Shown here piece by piece: positions 8,954 to 17,367 of a stretch of 64,000 nt of DNA. The stretch comes from Hyphomicrobiales bacterium. Lineage in GTDB: Bacteria > Pseudomonadota > Alphaproteobacteria > Rhizobiales > Xanthobacteraceae. A program made the position numbers and the translations under genes. The stretch is taken from assembly GCA_003140315.1 (NCBI GenBank), contig PLJS01000101.1, positions 4,252 through 68,251 of the forward strand. The letters are read 5' to 3'. Each line of letters begins with the position of its first letter. Within the stretch, counting starts at the first letter, position 1. The notes beneath the pieces were generated by a model that searched no databases, was not told the DNA's origin, and was given only the letters and a program-made list of their open reading frames with translations.

Positions 8954-11063
8954 CGCTTCCCGGGCCGCTCGCGGAGAATCCTTCGCTCGATCGTTGGGTG
9001 TCGTTTCCCGCGCCCGGCGAGGTGACGATCTGCACCGGTCGGGTGGAGATCGGGCAGGGCGTGCTGACCGCGATGGCGCAAATCGCCGCCGACGAGCTTG
9101 ATGTCGCAATTGAATGCATTTCGATCCGGTCCGGCGATACGGATCTGACGCCGAACGAGGGATACACGGCCGGCAGTCAATCGATCCAGTTTGGCGGCAT
9201 CGCGTTGCGCCAGGTCTGCGCCGACGTTCGCGCGCTGTTTCTTATTGAAGCCGCGCGCGTGCTTGGTTGCGATGCCGCGGAACTCGCCGTGCGCGACGGA
9301 CAATTCCTGCGCGACGGCGACTCGATCGGCCAGAACTACTGGACGCTCGCCGGTGACGTCAGTCTGGCGCGCAATGCGACCGGGACGGCGTCGCACAAGC
9401 CGGTCAAGGACTATGCGTTTGTCGGCAGCAATACGGCGCGGCTGGACCTTGCGGCCAAGGTTTTCGGCGCGCCGGTCTTCATCCATGACATGGCACTCGA
9501 CGGCATGGTGCATGCGCGGGTCGTGCGCCAACCCAATCGCGGCGCGACGATCTCGGAGAGATCGATGAGGCCGCAATCCGCCGCACCGCGCGCGGCCCGA
9601 TCGAGTTCGTGAGGCACGGCAATTTCCTCGCGATCCTCGGCGAAGATGAAACGGCCGTCGAAGCCGCTGGCGCCGCGGCGCCGAGGCATGTCGTCTGGCA
9701 GGGCGTCGAACAGTTGAATTCGCTGCAGCAGGAAGCATCCTGGCTCAAGCAACGGCCGTCCATCGATCGCACGCTCCGTGCGCCGGAAGCGCCCGCAGCG
9801 CGCGGCCAGGTGCGCTATGAGGCGACGTATACGCGCGCGCATCTCGCTCACGCGTCCATCGCGCCGTCCTGCGGCCTTGCGCAATACGAAGACGGTCACC
9901 TGACGGTATGGACCCATTGCCAGGGCGTCTATCCGCTCAAGGCGGCGCTCGCGCGTCAGCTTAGCCTCGATCCGGCGACGATCTCCGTCAAGCACGTCCA
10001 GGGCGCGGGTTGCTACGGCCACAATGGCGCCGACGATGCGGCCGCCGACGCGGCGCTGATCGCATTACAGAAGCCCGGCAAGCCGATCCGCGTGCGCTGG
10101 CGCCGCGAGGAGGAGTTCGCGTTCGAGCCGGTAAGTCCGGCAATGATCGTAACGGTGCGCGCGGCACTCGATGATGCCGGAAAGCCGACCGATTGGACGG
10201 CGGAAATCTGGAGCGGGAATCACAATGGGCGCCCGGGCGGCGGCGCCAACCTGCTCGCCGCCGAAGCGCTGCCGAACCCGCCGCCGGTGCCGCCGCCGAC
10301 CGAAGTGCCCGAAGCGAATGGAGGCGGCGCAACGCGCAACGCCGATCCGCTCTACGATATTCCGGCACGGCGCATCATCCATCATCTGGTGCCCGAGACG
10401 CCGGTGCGCACGTCCGCGCTGCGCGGGCTTGGCGCGATGCCCAACGTATTCGCGATCGAGTCCTTCATCGATGAGCTCGCCGAACGCGCGGGCGTCGACC
10501 CGGTGCAGTATCGCTTGGCGATGCAGTCCGATCCGCGCGCGCGAGCGGTGATCGAGCGCGTGGCGGCGATGTCCGCATGGCGGGCGGGTGACGCCGGAGG
10601 CCCCGGCCGCGGCCGGGGCATCGGCTTTGCGAAGTACAAGAACCGCGCGGCCTATTCGGCCGTGGTGGTGGATCTCGAAGCCGATGAGGAAATCCGGCTC
10701 AAGGAGATATGGTGTGCGACCGACGCCGGGCTGGTGGTCAATCCCGACGGCGCGATCAACCAGCTCGAGGGCGGAATCATCCAGTCGGCGAGCTGGGTGC
10801 TGAAGGAGCAGGTGCGCATCGAAAGCGCCGGCATCACGTCGCTCGACTGGGACAGCTATCCGGTGCTGCGTTTCAGCGAGATCCCTGAGATCCATGTCGA
10901 GCTGATCGGGTCAGCACATGACGGTCCGCTCGGCGTGGGTGAGGCCACGGCCGGGCCGACCGCGGCTGCGATCGGCAACGCGGTGTCGCACGCGCTCGGC
11001 ACACGTATCCGCGAACTTCCGCTGACGCGGGAGCGGATTATGGCCGCACTGCTCGCGCAGTAG
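8950..11063 (+). pseudogene. IorB-like molybdopterin-binding oxidoreductase large subunit, split by a frameshift near 9556-9561 (or an assembly error)
   Basis: ORF 8950..9612 and ORF 9609..11063 lie in different frames. The second frame reads ..LGEIDEAAIRRTARGPIEFV.. upstream of its nominal start. Deleting one AG from GGAGAGAT (9555-9562) joins them into about 703 aa. Confidence 0.75.
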
Positions 11064-11193
11064 TTGGTGCGCTCTCGCCTTTCGCGGCGTCAAGTCGTTG
11101 CGCGCAGAAGCCTCCTTTTGGCACAAAGCAGACGTGCGATCTGGCATAGTCGATGTCCGCTTGCTTAGAAGAAACGAAGGCAGAGGAAATCCC

Positions 11194-12354
11194 ATGCACC
11201 GGAGTGCGGACCGTGTCCTGACAACCCATGTTGGCAGTTTGCCGCGTCCCGCGGACCTGCATGCGATGAGTGTCGTGCGCAGCAAGGGCGAGACGATCGA
11301 CGAGGCGGCATATGCCACGCGGGTGCGCCAGGCGGTCGCCGACATCGTGAAGAAGCAGGTGGCGCTCGGCATCGACATTGTCGATGACGGCGAAATGAGC
11401 AAGCCGAGCTTCATCACCTATATGAACGACCGGCTTGCCGGGTTCGAACCCGATACGGCGTATGAAAATCGGAGCCCTTGGGCCGGCTCGCGCGAGGCCC
11501 TGGACTTCCACGACTATTACAAGCCGCAACTGGCCAATGTGCACACACGGCACGCGCATTTCACCTGCACGGGGCCGGTCACCTATCGCGGCGCGAGTCA
11601 GCTCAAGACAGACCTCGACAATCTCCGCGCCGCCTTGGCAGGCATGAATGTGACCGAGGCCTTCGTGCCGTCCACGTCGGTGTCGAGCATAGAGGACTGG
11701 AACCGCAACCAGTACTACAACTCCGACGAGGACTATCTTGGCGCTCTCGCGGACGCGATCAATGTGGAATACCGCGCCATCGTCGAGGCCGGGTTTCTAT
11801 TGCAGGTGGACGATCCGCATCTCGTGACCTACTACGTCTGCCATCCCGACAAGACGATGGAAGACTGCCGCAAGTGGATCGCGCTGCGGGTCGAGGCGAT
11901 CAATCGCGCGTTGCGCGGTATTCCGCGCGACCGCGTGCGTTTTCACACCTGTTACGGCATCAATTTCGGTCCGCGCGTGCACGACATCGAAGTCAAATAC
12001 ATCGTCGATATCCTCGGCCGGCTGAACGTCGGTGCGTTCTCGTTCGAGGCCGCAAATCCGCGGCATGAGCATGAATGGACGTCGTGGCGGGATGCCAAGC
12101 TGCCTGACGACGTCATCATGATTCCGGGCGTGGTCACGCAGTCGAACGTGATGGTCGAGCACCCGGAGCTGGTCGCGCAGCGCCTCGGCCGCTGGATCGA
12201 CGTCTTCGGCCGCGAGCGCGTCATCGCCGGGACCGACTGCGGCTTTGCGAGCTTCGCCGGCAATGACGAGATCCACGAGAGCATCGTCTGGGCGAAGCTC
12301 CAGGCTCTCGTTGACGGTGCTCGCATCGCGTCGAAGGAATATGCACCGGCCTGA
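11194..12354 (+). CDS. stand-alone MetE C-terminal-domain homologue (cobalamin-independent methionine synthase II family)
   Basis: ATG 11194 follows AGAGGAAA. The N-terminus VLTTHVGSLPRP is typical of the family. Zn-ligand motifs RFHTCYG and GTDCGFA are present. Confidence 0.8.
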   Translation: MHRSADRVLTTHVGSLPRPADLHAMSVVRSKGETIDEAAYATRVRQAVADIVKKQVALGIDIVDDGEMSKPSFITYMNDRLAGFEPDTAYENRSPWAGSREALDFHDYYKPQLANVHTRHAHFTCTGPVTYRGASQLKTDLDNLRAALAGMNVTEAFVPSTSVSSIEDWNRNQYYNSDEDYLGALADAINVEYRAIVEAGFLLQVDDPHLVTYYVCHPDKTMEDCRKWIALRVEAINRALRGIPRDRVRFHTCYGINFGPRVHDIEVKYIVDILGRLNVGAFSFEAANPRHEHEWTSWRDAKLPDDVIMIPGVVTQSNVMVEHPELVAQRLGRWIDVFGRERVIAGTDCGFASFAGNDEIHESIVWAKLQALVDGARIASKEYAPA

Positions 12355-12400
12355 CTGAGGCTGGAATAACAACACGCTCATAATTCCCGGGAGCTACTTC

Positions 12401-13408
12401 ATGCCGTCTCCGCGCATCCAAACCACCACGGTCGGCTCCTATCCGATGCCGGACTGGCTGGTGGCTTTGCCGTCCGAGCAGGCGCTGATCGATGCGACGC
12501 GCGTCGTCATCGACACGCAGGAGCAGGCCGGGATCGATCTCGTCTGCGATGGCGAGCTCTACCGTTTCGACATCAATCATCCCGAGACGAACGGCATGAT
12601 CGAGTATTTCACGCGCCCGATGGCGGGCATCCGGCGCGACATGGGGCTTACCGAGTGGATGACGTTCAAGAACGCGCCCGGCATGGCGTTCCGCACGCGT
12701 CCGCCCGGCGTGGTCGAGGCCCCGGTCGGGCCCGGCACGCTCGATCTGCCGTCGGCCTGCGCGCGGGCGAAAGCGCTCGCGGCTAAGCCGTTCAAGTTCA
12801 CGCTCACCGGCCCGCACATGCTCGCCAAGATGCTGCTCGACACCCACTACAAGGACAAGTCGAAGCTCACACTGGCGATCGCCGATGTACTGGCCGAACA
12901 GGTCCAGCATATCGACGCTGATGTGGTCCAGGTCGATGAAGCGAACCTACCCGGGTCGCCGCAGGAGTGGGAATGGGCCGCCGAGGCGATCAACAAGGTA
13001 CTGCGCGCGGTCAAGACCACGCCCGCTGTGCATCTGTGCTTTGGGAATTATGGTGGTCAGACCATCCAGAAGGGTTCCTGGGGCTCGTTGATGAAATACC
13101 TCAACGCGCTGCACGTCGACCACATTGTCATGGAGAACGCGCATCGGCCGCCGGAAGAACTCGAGGTGTTCCGGGACCTGCGCCCTGAGATCGGGTTCGG
13201 GTTGGGTGTCGTCGACATCAAGCAGACGGTGATCGAGTCGGCCGACGACGTCGCGCGTGCGATCGAGCGTGCCGACAAGGTTCTCGGCCCCGGCCGCGTG
13301 AAGTACATCCATCCCGACTGCGGCTTCTGGATGCTCAAGCGCGGCATTGCGGACGGAAAGATTCGCGCGCTGGTGCGCGGGCGCGATCTCTACGAAGGCC
13401 GGCACTAG
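12401..13408 (+). CDS. second stand-alone MetE-like Zn alkyltransferase homologue
   Basis: 335-aa ORF with N-terminus TTTVGSYPMPDWL and Zn-ligand motifs VHLCFGNYG and HPDCGFW. Confidence 0.8.
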   Translation: MPSPRIQTTTVGSYPMPDWLVALPSEQALIDATRVVIDTQEQAGIDLVCDGELYRFDINHPETNGMIEYFTRPMAGIRRDMGLTEWMTFKNAPGMAFRTRPPGVVEAPVGPGTLDLPSACARAKALAAKPFKFTLTGPHMLAKMLLDTHYKDKSKLTLAIADVLAEQVQHIDADVVQVDEANLPGSPQEWEWAAEAINKVLRAVKTTPAVHLCFGNYGGQTIQKGSWGSLMKYLNALHVDHIVMENAHRPPEELEVFRDLRPEIGFGLGVVDIKQTVIESADDVARAIERADKVLGPGRVKYIHPDCGFWMLKRGIADGKIRALVRGRDLYEGRH

Positions 13409-13416
13409 GGCATGCC

Positions 13417-13566
13417 ATGAACGGCCCGCAATACATCGCCGACCGCGGCATCAGCGATGCTCAATTTCGCGCCATCGCCAACGTGCTGCGCGTACCCACC
13501 GAGCCCGACCTTAGCGCTAACCCGGCCGTCGAGGCGTGCGGCGGCATGACACCGGCCGCGCGGTAG
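13417..13566 (+). CDS. possible small protein (49 aa), hypothetical
   Basis: ATG 13417 lies 6 nt after AGGG, which overlaps the upstream stop codon. Third-position G/C is 39 of 48 codons by hand count. No recognisable motif. The ORF is below the length cut-off of the ORF track. Confidence 0.25.
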   Translation: MNGPQYIADRGISDAQFRAIANVLRVPTEPDLSANPAVEACGGMTPAAR

Positions 13567-13643
13567 CGCGATGCTTTACCGGCCTGAGGGCTCTGATAGG
13601 CTGGCGATAAATCACCGGCCAAAGGTGATATTTGGGAGGGACG

Positions 13644-14480
13644 ATGTCGTTCGCGAGCGATACAGCTAAGCTCGGGACTGAAACGGCGGCGACGGCTGCC
13701 GGCCTAGGCGTGCTCAGGAAGCTGATGCCGCTCGCCGGCATTGTGGCATTCCTGCTGGTTTGGCAGGTCTTCGTCGTTGTCTGGAAGATGCCGCCTTATC
13801 TGCTGCCCTCGCCGGTCGCCATCGCAAGCACGTTTGTCACGGAGCTGCCGGACCTGCTGCGCCATGGCTGGGTGACGGTCTACGAGATGATCGCCGGCTA
13901 CACGCTCGCAGTCTGTGTCGCGATTCCGCTCGCCATCGCGATCACCTCATCGGCGCGGTTCAATGAATTCGTCATGCCGACGATGCTGTTTTTCCAGATC
14001 GTGCCGAAAGTCGCGATCGCGCCGCTGTTCCTCGTATGGTTCGGCGTTGGCCCCACGCCGAAGATCCTCGTCGCCTTCCTGATTTCGTTCTTTCCCATCG
14101 TGATCGACGCGGCCGTCGGTTTGCGTTCGATGTCGACCGAGATGGCTGACCTTGCCCGCTCGATGGGCGCGACACGGCTCCAAGTGTTCGCCCGCTTCCG
14201 ATTGCCGACGAGCCTGCCTTATCTCTTCAGCGGCCTGAAGGTCGCCGCCACGTTGGCGATCGCCGGCACCGTGGTCGGCGAGTTCGTCGGCGCCGACAAG
14301 GGACTCGGCTATCTGCTGCTGGTGACCAACTCCAATATGCAGACCTCGCTGATGTTCGCGACCATTGTCGCACTCACGATCATCGGACTGGTCTTCTACT
14401 ATTCGGTGGAATTGGTAGAGGGGCTGCTGATCCCCTGGCACGTCACGCACCGGGCGCGCGAAGAGTCCGGGACGATGTGA
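13644..14480 (+). CDS. ABC transporter permease (NitT/TauT/SsuC family)
   Basis: ORF 13632..14480. ATG 13644 follows GGGAGGG. It is a hydrophobic BPD_transp_1-type protein with an EAA-like loop (TEMADLARSMGATRLQVFARFRLP). Confidence 0.9.
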   Translation: MSFASDTAKLGTETAATAAGLGVLRKLMPLAGIVAFLLVWQVFVVVWKMPPYLLPSPVAIASTFVTELPDLLRHGWVTVYEMIAGYTLAVCVAIPLAIAITSSARFNEFVMPTMLFFQIVPKVAIAPLFLVWFGVGPTPKILVAFLISFFPIVIDAAVGLRSMSTEMADLARSMGATRLQVFARFRLPTSLPYLFSGLKVAATLAIAGTVVGEFVGADKGLGYLLLVTNSNMQTSLMFATIVALTIIGLVFYYSVELVEGLLIPWHVTHRAREESGTM

Positions 14481-14523
14481 AACGACACTTCGTAGAAAAA
14501 CAATGGAAACAGGGAGAAGCTCA

Positions 14524-15543
14524 ATGAGACGCTTCGGGACATTATTGCCGCTTGCTGCGCTCGTCGTGGCGGCGGCGTTCACCAGCGCGGCGAACGCACA
14601 GGACAAGCTTTCGTTTCGGCTGAACTGGACGCTCTACGGCGAACATGCGCCGTTTTTCGTGGCGCTCGACAAAGGTTTCTACAAGGACGAGGGGCTCGAC
14701 GTCGAAATCCTCGAGGGCTCAGGCTCCACGACGGTCGCCCAGCTCGTCGCCAACCAGACCAATCCGGTTGCCTACGTGGACGCCGCCACCATGATGCGCG
14801 GCGTCGGCGCCGGGATGCCGATCAAGGCGGTGGGCGTCACATTGCAGCAGAGCCCGATGTCCTTCATCTATCGCGCCGACGCGGCGAAGCCGACCAAGAT
14901 CGAGGAGATCAAGGGCAGCCGCATCGCGATCACCGCGGGCGACGCGAGCCTCGCGATCTTCACGGCCTTCCTCGGTAAGCTGAACATGCAGCTCAGCGAC
15001 GTGCAGCTCATCACGGTCGCCAATCCGCAGTCCAAGGAGCAGGCTGTGCTGAACAAGCAGGCCGACTCGCTGCTTGGCTATTTCATGGACCAGGGCCCGC
15101 GTATGCAACTCCAGACCGGCGTGAAGATGGGCTGGACGCGGCTTTACGACATGGCCGGCATTACGACGCTGTCGAGCGCGATTATCGTGAATAACGATTG
15201 GCTCAAGGACGCCAAGAACCAGGACATTCTCAAGCGCTTCCTGCGCGCGTCGCAGCGCGGCTGGGATTATTCGGACAAGAACCGCAACGAGGCCGCCGAG
15301 ATCTTTCTGAAGCACGCGAAGGCGTTCAACATGGAAATCGCGCTGCTTGAGATCAACGGCACCATGACGATCACTCACACCAAGCACACGGAAGGCAAGG
15401 CGCTGTTCTGGTCGGCGAAGGAGGATTGGCAGGATAGCCAGGACCTACTCGAGAAGTACGCCAAGATGCCGCCCGAGAAAGACATGGCGAAGTACTACTC
15501 CAACGAGTACCTGTCCGAGGCGCCCTACGCGCCGAAGAAATAG
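14524..15543 (+). CDS. ABC substrate-binding protein (NMT1/THI5/SsuA-like)
   Basis: ORF 14503..15543. ATG 14524 follows GGGAGAAG. Sec-type signal MRRFGTLLPLAALVVAAAFTSAANAQ. The gene lies between the permease and ATPase genes. Confidence 0.85.
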   Translation: MRRFGTLLPLAALVVAAAFTSAANAQDKLSFRLNWTLYGEHAPFFVALDKGFYKDEGLDVEILEGSGSTTVAQLVANQTNPVAYVDAATMMRGVGAGMPIKAVGVTLQQSPMSFIYRADAAKPTKIEEIKGSRIAITAGDASLAIFTAFLGKLNMQLSDVQLITVANPQSKEQAVLNKQADSLLGYFMDQGPRMQLQTGVKMGWTRLYDMAGITTLSSAIIVNNDWLKDAKNQDILKRFLRASQRGWDYSDKNRNEAAEIFLKHAKAFNMEIALLEINGTMTITHTKHTEGKALFWSAKEDWQDSQDLLEKYAKMPPEKDMAKYYSNEYLSEAPYAPKK

Positions 15544-15617
15544 AGACACCGGACTCGCTCTTCCACGGCGTGCGTCGCGGAGGGGCGCCCGCTCTCATTC
15601 AAAATCAAGAAAGCAGT

Positions 15618-16394
15618 ATGAGCGAGCCGTTCATCCGCCTGACGAATGTCGGCAAAGTCTATCAGACCAAGACCGGACCGACGGAAGCCTGTTCGGATAT
15701 CAATCTGGATATCCAGAAGTCCGAGTTTGTCGCCATCGTCGGTCCGAGCGGCTGCGGCAAGACCACGATCCTGAAGATGGTCGCCGGGCTCGCGCCCTAT
15801 ACCGCCGGCACCATCACGGTCGGCGGCAAACGGGTCGACCGCCCGCAGACGGATGTCGGCATCGTGTTCCAGGAAGCCATCATGCTCGATTGGCGTGACG
15901 TTCTGGAGAACGTCATGCTCCAGATCGATATCCGCCATATGGATCGCGCAACCTACGAGCCGGTCGCGCGCGGCCTGCTCAAGGCCACGGGCCTTGAAGG
16001 CTTCGAGAAGAAGAAGCCCTACGAGCTCTCGGGCGGGATGCGCCAGCGTGTCTCCATCTGCCGCGCGCTGGTGCATGGGCCGACCATGCTCTTGATGGAT
16101 GAGCCGTTCGGCGCGCTCGATGCGCTCACGCGCGAGCAGATTTCCATGGATATCCAGCGTGTCTGGATGGAATCGCGCAAGACGGCGCTGCACATCACGC
16201 ACAGCATTCCGGAAGCGGTCCTGCTCGCCGACCGCGTCGTAGTGATGGGACCGCGGCCGGGGCGGATCGTCGAAATTATCGATATCGATCTCCCGCGCCC
16301 ACGCCGGCTTGACCGGTTGCCGGAGCGCTTTCACGAGTATTCGACGCGCATCCGCAATATCTTCAAATCGAACGGCGTACTTGCCATGGATTAA
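15618..16394 (+). CDS. ABC transporter ATP-binding protein (NitT/TauT family)
   Basis: In-frame ATG 15618. Walker A GPSGCGKTT, signature LSGGMRQRVSICRAL and Walker B LLMDEPFGALD. Confidence 0.9.
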   Translation: MSEPFIRLTNVGKVYQTKTGPTEACSDINLDIQKSEFVAIVGPSGCGKTTILKMVAGLAPYTAGTITVGGKRVDRPQTDVGIVFQEAIMLDWRDVLENVMLQIDIRHMDRATYEPVARGLLKATGLEGFEKKKPYELSGGMRQRVSICRALVHGPTMLLMDEPFGALDALTREQISMDIQRVWMESRKTALHITHSIPEAVLLADRVVVMGPRPGRIVEIIDIDLPRPRRLDRLPERFHEYSTRIRNIFKSNGVLAMD

Positions 16395-16476
16395 GGCTGG
16401 ATCGCGGGCCGCGCGGGCGACTATGGTGTCGCTCGATCCGCCCTGGGAAGGCTCTCGGCTTCGGACCGGCTGACGG

Positions 16477-17367
16477 ATGAAGGCTGCACCTTTCGAGTAT
16501 GTGAGACCGCAGTCGGTGGACGAGGCGTGCATCTGCCTCGCCGCCGACGCGGACGCCATGATCATCGCCGGAGGCCAGACGCTTGTTCCCATGATGGCGA
16601 TGCGGCTCGCGCGGCCCTCGCGCCTTGTCGACATCACGCGCATCCCCGAATTGCACGGTATCCGCGACGACGGTACGGCGATCGCGGTGGGCGCGGGGAC
16701 GCGTCAGGTGACTGCGGCAAACGACTGTTCGATCGCCGGAAGCGTGCCGCTCCTCGCCGCCGCGCTTCCCTGGGTCGGTCACGCCGCCACGCGCAATCGA
16801 GGGACGATTGGCGGTTCCGTCGCGAACGCCGATCCGGCAGCCGAGATACCGCTCGTCCTTGTGACGTTGAAGGGGAGCGTCGTCCTGCGCAGGCCGGCGG
16901 GATCACGCATCGTCGCGGCGCAGGAATTCTTTATCGGCCCGATGATGACGGTGATCACGCCGGCCACCTGCATCATCGAGGTCCGCTTTCCGGTGTGGAG
17001 CGCAAGCCTTATTGGCGTTGGCTTCCAGGAAATCAGCGCACGGCGCAGCGATTTTGCGCTTGTTTCGGCGGCCGCACAGGTCGCACTGGACGATTCCGGA
17101 CGGTGCGTTGCTTGTGCCCTCGGCATCGGCGGCGCATCCGCCGTGCCGCAACGGCTCGACGCAGCCGCGGATGCGCTGGTCGGATCGCGATTGTCGGACG
17201 ATGAGATCGGGCAAGCCGTGCGGGCCGCCGTGGATACGATCGAGATCATGACCAGCTCGCACGCCAGCGACGGCTATCGGCGCCGCGCCGCGGCCGTGCT
17301 CGGCACGCGCGCGCTCGCAGAGGCGCGCGATCACGCAATTCAGTGCGCTGCCGGTCCTGTCCAATGA
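16477..17367 (+). CDS. FAD-binding medium subunit of a xanthine-dehydrogenase-family molybdoenzyme (CoxM-like)
   Basis: 296-aa ORF with the AGGQTLVPMM motif and GTIGGSVANADPAAE, both typical of FAD_binding_5 subunits. The stop overlaps the next gene's start (ATGA at 17364-17367). Confidence 0.85.
   Translation: MKAAPFEYVRPQSVDEACICLAADADAMIIAGGQTLVPMMAMRLARPSRLVDITRIPELHGIRDDGTAIAVGAGTRQVTAANDCSIAGSVPLLAAALPWVGHAATRNRGTIGGSVANADPAAEIPLVLVTLKGSVVLRRPAGSRIVAAQEFFIGPMMTVITPATCIIEVRFPVWSASLIGVGFQEISARRSDFALVSAAAQVALDDSGRCVACALGIGGASAVPQRLDAAADALVGSRLSDDEIGQAVRAAVDTIEIMTSSHASDGYRRRAAAVLGTRALAEARDHAIQCAAGPVQ

Noticed and set aside
11064-11193. Possible SAM or cobalamin riboswitch upstream of the MetE-like genes
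   Set aside because: I could not recognise the conserved cores of SAM-II, SAM-I or B12 elements by eye. This needs a covariance-model scan to be excluded properly.
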